DNA of 30,318 bases from IMG/VR virus record IMGVR_UViG_3300038477_000009, positions 1 to 30,318 of that record. One strand, 5' to 3'. The notes under the pieces were generated by a model. It did not search any database and had not been told where the DNA came from. It worked only from the letters and a program-made list of their open reading frames with translations. This document shows positions 26,145 to 30,318 of the stretch, in pieces. A program made the translations under genes and the position numbers. This DNA comes from a virus (lineage: Duplodnaviria; Caudoviricetes). Every line of letters begins with the position of its first letter. The stretch's first letter is position 1.

Positions 26145-26353
26145 TACTCGCTTCCCTCGCCCTCGGGCTTGCGGCGCAGATGGTAGATCTCTTTCGACAC
26201 GTAGAACTCCGCCATCCACGCTTTCAGCTCGGACGTCTGTTCCGACAACGCCGCCTTCACATCCGCGCGCATCTGCAAATTCAGCCCCGTCCAGATCAGG
26301 TTCACCACAGTCAGCGCCGACCCGACGATTCCAGGCAACCAGCTCGGGTTCAT
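26144..26353 (-). CDS. Single-TM small membrane protein, holin-like (69 aa)
   Basis: ATG 26353 (ATGA overlap); MNPSWLPGIVGSALTVVNLIWTGLNL followed by a short coiled coil. Confidence 0.6.
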   Translation of the reverse strand: MNPSWLPGIVGSALTVVNLIWTGLNLQMRADVKAALSEQTSELKAWMAEFYVSKEIYHLRRKPEGEGSE

Positions 26354-26919
26354 GCCGCCCTTCCCATCACGTGATACATGCCAACTTGCCCCGTTTCGAG
26401 GAACACTCCCCCGAAATACGTGCGCGACGGGTAGACGCCCGCTTCCGCCAGCGCCCGCCCCATTTTCCGCTCCACCACGTACACTTTGTGAAAGAAGTTC
26501 CCGCGATCCAGTTTCAGCTTCCGGCAACACCCGTGCCAGTCGATCCCGGCCAGGAAATGCAGCTTGAACAAGGCCAGCTCGTCGGCGGTCAGCACACGCA
26601 GCGCGGTTAGCTCCACGTCGGCTCTATATTCGGCGTTCTTGTTGCCGTAGCCTAGGGCCACCTTGGCGTGCCCTTGGTACACTTCCAGGCACACCTTCCC
26701 GCACGTCTGTCCGACCATCTCGGTTACTTCTTCGTATCTGCGCATGCACGCCCGGAAGACGCCCCGCAACACGCAATTGCACGTGACGGACTTCCCGAAG
26801 CGAAGCGGCCGCGAGCCGAACCCGTGGCAATACGCGCAATACGGCGCCGCCGCCGCCGTCGCCATCCCTTGCGTGATCTCGCGCGCAGCGATCGCCAATT
26901 CAGTCCGCTCCCGTCTCAC
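26350..26919 (-). CDS. Zn-finger + HTH protein, putative late-transcription regulator
   Basis: CAYCHGFG...CNC and a C-terminal sigma-region-4-like segment (LFKLHFLAGIDWHGCCRKLKLDRGNFFH). Located just upstream of the packaging genes. The family is recalled from Bryobacterales. Confidence 0.7.
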   Translation of the reverse strand: MRRERTELAIAAREITQGMATAAAAPYCAYCHGFGSRPLRFGKSVTCNCVLRGVFRACMRRYEEVTEMVGQTCGKVCLEVYQGHAKVALGYGNKNAEYRADVELTALRVLTADELALFKLHFLAGIDWHGCCRKLKLDRGNFFHKVYVVERKMGRALAEAGVYPSRTYFGGVFLETGQVGMYHVMGRAA

Positions 26920-27227
26920 TCATGCAACACCCCGCCGAAACTCTCTGCCACGACCGTCAGGAAAACCGGCCGCGCTTTGCTCGGAATCTCCCGCAGCGTC
27001 CATACGTTCTCGGGATTGTCGTCTGTCTCGTGATCGTGCGAATAGCGCCGCGGATTGCCGAGGCGCGCGCGTTTCGCCGAGTCGTCCCCGGCTTCGTGGA
27101 GCTGTATCTCGACCAGCTTCCCGTCCCGCCGCCGTCTCACCAGCTCCGCGTTCGCCGCCCTCGCCAGCCGCGCCACCCGCGCCCCGTCCGCCAGCTCCAG
27201 GCACCGCTCGCCACACATCACCGGCAC
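26916..27227 (-). CDS. Hypothetical protein
   Basis: 103-aa ORF coupled (GTGA) to the downstream gene; start uncertain. Confidence 0.65.
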   Translation of the reverse strand: MPVMCGERCLELADGARVARLARAANAELVRRRRDGKLVEIQLHEAGDDSAKRARLGNPRRYSHDHETDDNPENVWTLREIPSKARPVFLTVVAESFGGVLHE

Positions 27228-27313
27228 TCGCTCGCTCTCTGTATGCGTGGTTCTCCTGTCGGTGCCACTAGACCGGGGTAGTTTTGAGCCCGCTCCGCCA
27301 GGCTGTGCCGCTT

Positions 27314-27733
27314 CTATGCGGCCTTACGCTTCGCTTGCGCCTGCACCGGCTCGCCGATGATCCGCGATAACGTCCGCGCTTCGTCGATGTACTCCGCTCG
27401 CTCCGCCGGCTCCAGCACTTTGTCCACGTCGCCCAGGCCCGGCGCGCAGTGCTTCATCACCCACTCGTTGCCCAGTCTCGCGAATAGCGCCGGCAGGCTC
27501 TTGATCGTCCGCCGGATCCGCTTCATGCTCACCGGTACCGAGAAGTGGAAACCTGCCAGGAGTACTTCCGCATCCGCCGGCTGCAAATCCGCGAGTCTTC
27601 CGATTTCCGCGGACAACTGCGCCAGGCGCGCCGCATGCGGATTCGTCGCCGGCTTCCAGGCCGCCGCCGCCGCGCGCACATCCGCGTACTCGTCGATCAT
27701 TCTGCGTTGCGCCAGCGTCAGTTTCGGCGTCAC
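27314..27733 (-). CDS. Hypothetical protein (139 aa)
   Basis: GTG 27733 overlaps the KTSC TGA; MTPKLTLAQRRMIDEYADV... Confidence 0.7.
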   Translation of the reverse strand: MTPKLTLAQRRMIDEYADVRAAAAAWKPATNPHAARLAQLSAEIGRLADLQPADAEVLLAGFHFSVPVSMKRIRRTIKSLPALFARLGNEWVMKHCAPGLGDVDKVLEPAERAEYIDEARTLSRIIGEPVQAQAKRKAA

Positions 27734-27951
27734 GAAATCCTCGTGTGCGCCGACCCGCGCCAATGTTGATTGAAATGCCGGCCGAGCGATTCGGCCTCTG
27801 CGAGTCGCTGGTACTCCTCGGGCTCGACATCCGGATAATCGTGCGTTCGCCCGTTGACAAATTGAATGCGGGCCGTCTTGGTGGCAGGGTCGTACCCATG
27901 CGCCGAGATTGCCGTCGACTTCGCCGGCTTCATCTCGATTGAGATACTCAC
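27730..27951 (-). CDS. KTSC domain protein
   Basis: STAISAHGYDPATKTARIQFVNGRTHDYPDVEPEEYQRLAEAESLGRHFNQHWR fits the KTSC pattern. Confidence 0.88.
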   Translation of the reverse strand: MSISIEMKPAKSTAISAHGYDPATKTARIQFVNGRTHDYPDVEPEEYQRLAEAESLGRHFNQHWRGSAHTRIS

Positions 27952-27987
27952 ACCTTCACACTGCGCCCGTTCCCGCCTCCGGCGTTA

Positions 27988-28059
27988 TGGGCAAAATGCG
28001 CATTATTGGGCAAAATGCCCGGTTTTCGGCTAAAATGCCACTAAGTGGGCGTTTTGCTC
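27988..28059. promoter_or_regulatory. Operator-like repeat cluster (GGGCAAAATGCCC consensus, 4 copies)
   Basis: TGGGCAAAATGC (27988), TGGGCAAAATGCCC (28007), GGCTAAAATGCC (28028), inverted GGGCGTTTTGCTC (28047); between divergent genes. Confidence 0.6.
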
Positions 28060-28086
28060 GACTGGCCCACCACAAATCTGGCTTAT

Positions 28087-28434
28087 GTGACCCCCCCTCG
28101 GAGTTTCGAAAGTACCCGCATCGATGCTTCCATCGAGCGTTTCACCCAAACCCTTGTGCGCTTCAGCCCTCGCGAGCGGTTCATTCTTTCTTTGATATGT
28201 CACGGCGCGAGCGACAAGGAAATTGCCGCCCAATTGGAAATCCGACCCAAGACGGCGCGCACTCACATTCTCCGCTTGACTCGCAAGACCGGCCTCGCCG
28301 ACGATCGGCAACTGATCCTCTACGTCATGCAGCACCCGGAGAGCCTGCACATCAGCGGTCCTCACCAGCATGGCTTACACATGCCCGGTTCCGACCAATG
28401 CCCCTATTGCCAGGTGGTGACCAAGATCGCCTAG
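28087..28434 (+). CDS. LuxR-type HTH regulator with C-terminal His/Cys motif (start uncertain; ORF open from 28045)
   Basis: FSPRERFILSLICHGASDKEIAAQLEIRPKTARTHILRLTRKTG is a LuxR HTH; tail HQHGLH...CPYC. Confidence 0.82.
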   Translation: MTPPRSFESTRIDASIERFTQTLVRFSPRERFILSLICHGASDKEIAAQLEIRPKTARTHILRLTRKTGLADDRQLILYVMQHPESLHISGPHQHGLHMPGSDQCPYCQVVTKIA

Positions 28435-28540
28435 ACCGCCGCGCAATTGGTGAGGTGCGGCACCTAACTGTAAGATTGCCCTCTCCCCACATCGGTGGGG
28501 ATAAGAAAGCCACGCGCCAACATTTACAATATTCAACCAT
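28431..28540 (-). pseudogene. Possible frameshifted Zn-ribbon (Com-like) minigene
   Basis: MVEYCKCWRVAF...LTVRC, then a one-base shift gives PHLTNCAAV-stop, ending on the CTAG shared with the LuxR stop. Confidence 0.25.
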
Positions 28541-28757
28541 GGGCAGTTTCTTTGCGGGCTCGAGTGCCATCACACCACTCCCCCAGCCCATTCAGGAGGT
28601 GGTCTTCGGTCGCGTCCACTCCACCTCCGTTAGTCTCACTCACCATGCCTGAGTTGGTGTAGCCGTTCTTGGCTACCTTCCGACCCTCATCATCGTCGTC
28701 CTCTCCCGACGACGACGACGAATAAGGCTTCATAGACAGTCCCGAGAACCGCCCCAA
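28533..28757 (-). CDS. Hypothetical ORF or gene remnant
   Basis: 74-aa low-complexity ORF with a TTG start; overlaps the ATG at 28540. Confidence 0.25.
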   Translation of the reverse strand: MGRFSGLSMKPYSSSSSGEDDDDEGRKVAKNGYTNSGMVSETNGGGVDATEDHLLNGLGEWCDGTRARKETAHG

Positions 28758-28908
28758 GAAGACGCGTAGCGGCTTCTCCTCTCAAGAGTCTCAATACGCC
28801 GGCGCCCCATGGCTACCTTAAATCGCTAAGTCTATTCCTGCCAGCAAAACGCTTGTAGCCGTGTGCTGGCTACTCCGAGCCGTCCAGAGGTAGCCAGCGA
28901 GTGGCTAC
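28659..28908. repeat. Cluster of GTAGCC-N6/7-GGCTAC palindromes
   Basis: 28659-28676 (N6), 28855-28873 (N7), 28890-28908 (N7), plus a half-site TGGCTACCTT at 28810 identical to 28670. Confidence 0.8.
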
Positions 28909-28952
28909 TCTAAATAAATCCGCGCGCTAGAGCGAGAAATCGGGTATCATTC

Positions 28953-29168
28953 ATGAAGATGAAATCGAGGTACACCGCCGAACAGATTCGGGAAGCGCGG
29001 ACTATCATCGCGACCATCAACGCGGAGAAAGCGAATCGCGTAATCGGCGAGCGCTACACTCCCGACGAGATCAAGGCCCTGAAGAGCAAAGCCGCCAGGA
29101 TCGGCAATGCCCAACGAGGGAAGAAGGCGCGCGAAGCCGCGCTAGCAGGCGCCCCAAGCGCAGCATGA
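28953..29168 (+). CDS. Small basic hypothetical protein
   Basis: 71 aa with an internal repeat RYTAEQI/RYTPDEI. TATCAT at 28945-28950 sits 8 nt before the second ATG (28959). Convergent with the recombinase. Confidence 0.7.
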   Translation: MKMKSRYTAEQIREARTIIATINAEKANRVIGERYTPDEIKALKSKAARIGNAQRGKKAREAALAGAPSAA

Positions 29169-29170
29169 CC

Positions 29171-30109
29171 TCACAGCCCCATCAGCGCGCAGGCGTTCGA
29201 CTGGAACGGATCCGTCGGCCGATAGTATCTCCGCAGTGTGGCCAGGCACCGGTGTCCCGTCTGCGAAGCGACCAGCACGTCGCTCAGCCCGCGTCCGATC
29301 GCCTCCGTCACGAAGCCGGCGCGCAGCGAGTGCCCCGCATACCGGCTCTCGTCGAGCCCGATCAATTTCACGCACCGCTTCACGACCATCGCGATCGTGT
29401 ACCTGTGCAGTCGCCGGCGCGATTGACCCGCGCGAGTTCCCACGAACAGCGGACCCGGCCACGTGCCGCGGCGCTCCAACCACTCCCGCAACGCCGAGAC
29501 GGCGCACAGCCCATCGTGTCCGAATGGAACGGCGATCGCGCGCCCGATTCCGGCCTGGTCCTGTTTCTCGTATCGAACGAAGATCGTCACCCCACGGTTA
29601 TCCAGACTCACGTCGGCCAAGTCGAGCTTTGCCAGTGTGCTCCGCCGCAACGCCGTCGCGAAGCCGAGCAGCAGGATCGCCCGGTTACGTACGTCGATCA
29701 GGCACTCGTGAGACAGGCGCGCGCAGATGGCCCGCAGTTGCTCCATGCCGAGCGGAGCCTTCTGCACCGGCCGCTCGTGCCGTATTCGCTGCGCCCCCCT
29801 CAGCAGATCCCACACCTCGCCGTCGCACGGCGATTCGAGCCCCTCCGCACGGTGCAAGTATGCGATCGCGCAGGCATGCCGCAGGGCCGTGGTGATCTTC
29901 TTGCCGTCGTTGAGCATCTGCGTGACGTACAGCGCGGCCGTCTCACCCGTCGCCGGCAGCGCGCACCGCTGCACGCCGGCACACCACGCCGCGAAGAATC
30001 GCCAATCGTTGGCATAGCCTTTCAGGGTCAGTCGCGCTCGAACGGCGCTCGCGAATCGCAGTCTCTCAACGGTCAGTGCCGCTTGCTCCATCGGGGGAAG
30101 TATCGTCAT
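29171..30109 (-). CDS. Cre-like tyrosine recombinase
   Basis: RNRAILLLGFATALRRS (R), EKQDQ (K), GHSLRAG (HxxR), QTGH (H), RRY (Y). Start probably ATG 30109 (ORF open from 30133). Confidence 0.92.
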   Translation of the reverse strand: MTILPPMEQAALTVERLRFASAVRARLTLKGYANDWRFFAAWCAGVQRCALPATGETAALYVTQMLNDGKKITTALRHACAIAYLHRAEGLESPCDGEVWDLLRGAQRIRHERPVQKAPLGMEQLRAICARLSHECLIDVRNRAILLLGFATALRRSTLAKLDLADVSLDNRGVTIFVRYEKQDQAGIGRAIAVPFGHDGLCAVSALREWLERRGTWPGPLFVGTRAGQSRRRLHRYTIAMVVKRCVKLIGLDESRYAGHSLRAGFVTEAIGRGLSDVLVASQTGHRCLATLRRYYRPTDPFQSNACALMGL

Positions 30110-30167
30110 ACCCCCGATGCTACGCGCCAACACGCTAGCGTGCTATCAGGTTGCTACAGAATTTCAT

Positions 30168-30195
30168 TGTAGCGGGTGGAGAAGACCGCGCTACA
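30168..30195. other. Inverted repeat/hairpin upstream of the recombinase
   Basis: TGTAGCG-GGT-ggagaag-ACC-g-CGCTACA; nearby perfect palindrome CACGCTAGCGTG at 30131-30142. Confidence 0.6.
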
Positions 30196-30207
30196 CTCGT
30201 AGAATTG

Positions 30208-30300
30208 TCCAATACAGAATGAGCCTGGAGAAGGGGTTCGTTTCCAACACGGCGTGAGCCTGGAGGGCGGATTGGATTCCAATACAAGGTGAGCCTGAAG
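30208..30300 (+). repeat. Three 23-bp repeats with 35-bp period: TCCAAYACRNNNTGAGCCTGRAG
   Basis: Copies start at 30208, 30243 and 30278, separated by 12-nt variable G-rich segments. Confidence 0.85.
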
Positions 30301-30318
30301 AGGAGGGTGGAAGTCAGG

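Larger units (their letters stand above)
1..30318. mobile_element. P22-like phage/prophage region (packaging, head, tail and ejection modules plus a regulatory/recombinase end); boundaries not visible
   Basis: Gene order TerS-TerL-portal-scaffold-coat-gp4-like-gp10-like-GNAT-three ejection proteins matches the P22 late operon. No host housekeeping genes seen. Confidence 0.93.

Noticed and set aside
29165-30172. 335-aa plus-strand ORF opposite the recombinase
   Set aside because: Antisense mirror of a gene with an intact catalytic set; no recognisable motifs.
30208-30318. CRISPR array or canonical TIGR array
   Set aside because: Only three units; the 12-nt spacers are too short for CRISPR and resemble each other; there is only one CCA-N8-TG segment per unit; no cas or Tas gene is in the window.
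26916-30318. Gene transfer agent or defective prophage, inferred from missing replication, repressor and endolysin genes
   Set aside because: The window is truncated at both ends, so absence cannot be judged; the structural genes look intact.

Overview
The window is a high-GC, P22-like (podovirus-type) phage or prophage segment. The host is probably an Acidobacteriota/Bryobacterales bacterium, inferred from recalled protein motifs. Almost everything from 27951 down to position 1 is one minus-strand, largely translationally coupled operon. In order it encodes: a KTSC protein, two hypotheticals, a Zn-finger/HTH putative late regulator, two small membrane proteins, TerS, TerL, five small ORFs, portal, scaffold, coat, a signal-peptide-bearing Cys-paired protein, a small conserved protein, three tandem gp4-like adaptor paralogs, a gp10-like hub, a needle-like protein, a 1465-aa mosaic tail protein, a gp14-like GNAT protein, three ejection proteins, a small beta protein and a signal-peptide-bearing tail fibre that runs off the left edge. 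The right end holds a LuxR-type regulator with operator-like repeats, GTAGCC/GGCTAC palindromes, a Cre-like tyrosine recombinase and a 35-bp-period repeat. Five signals stand out. (1) A complete promoter, RBS and alternative-frame 61-aa gene is hidden in the largest ejection gene, just ahead of its DdrB/ParB-like domain (candidate embedded immunity gene). (2) Two virion-type proteins carry Sec signal peptides and paired cysteines. (3) The head-tail adaptor is triplicated. (4) An H-type pseudoknot precedes the scaffold RBS. (5) The 35-bp repeats read as a chain of stop/start-coupled 12-codon minigenes. Family assignments come from motif recognition and gene order, not from database searches.
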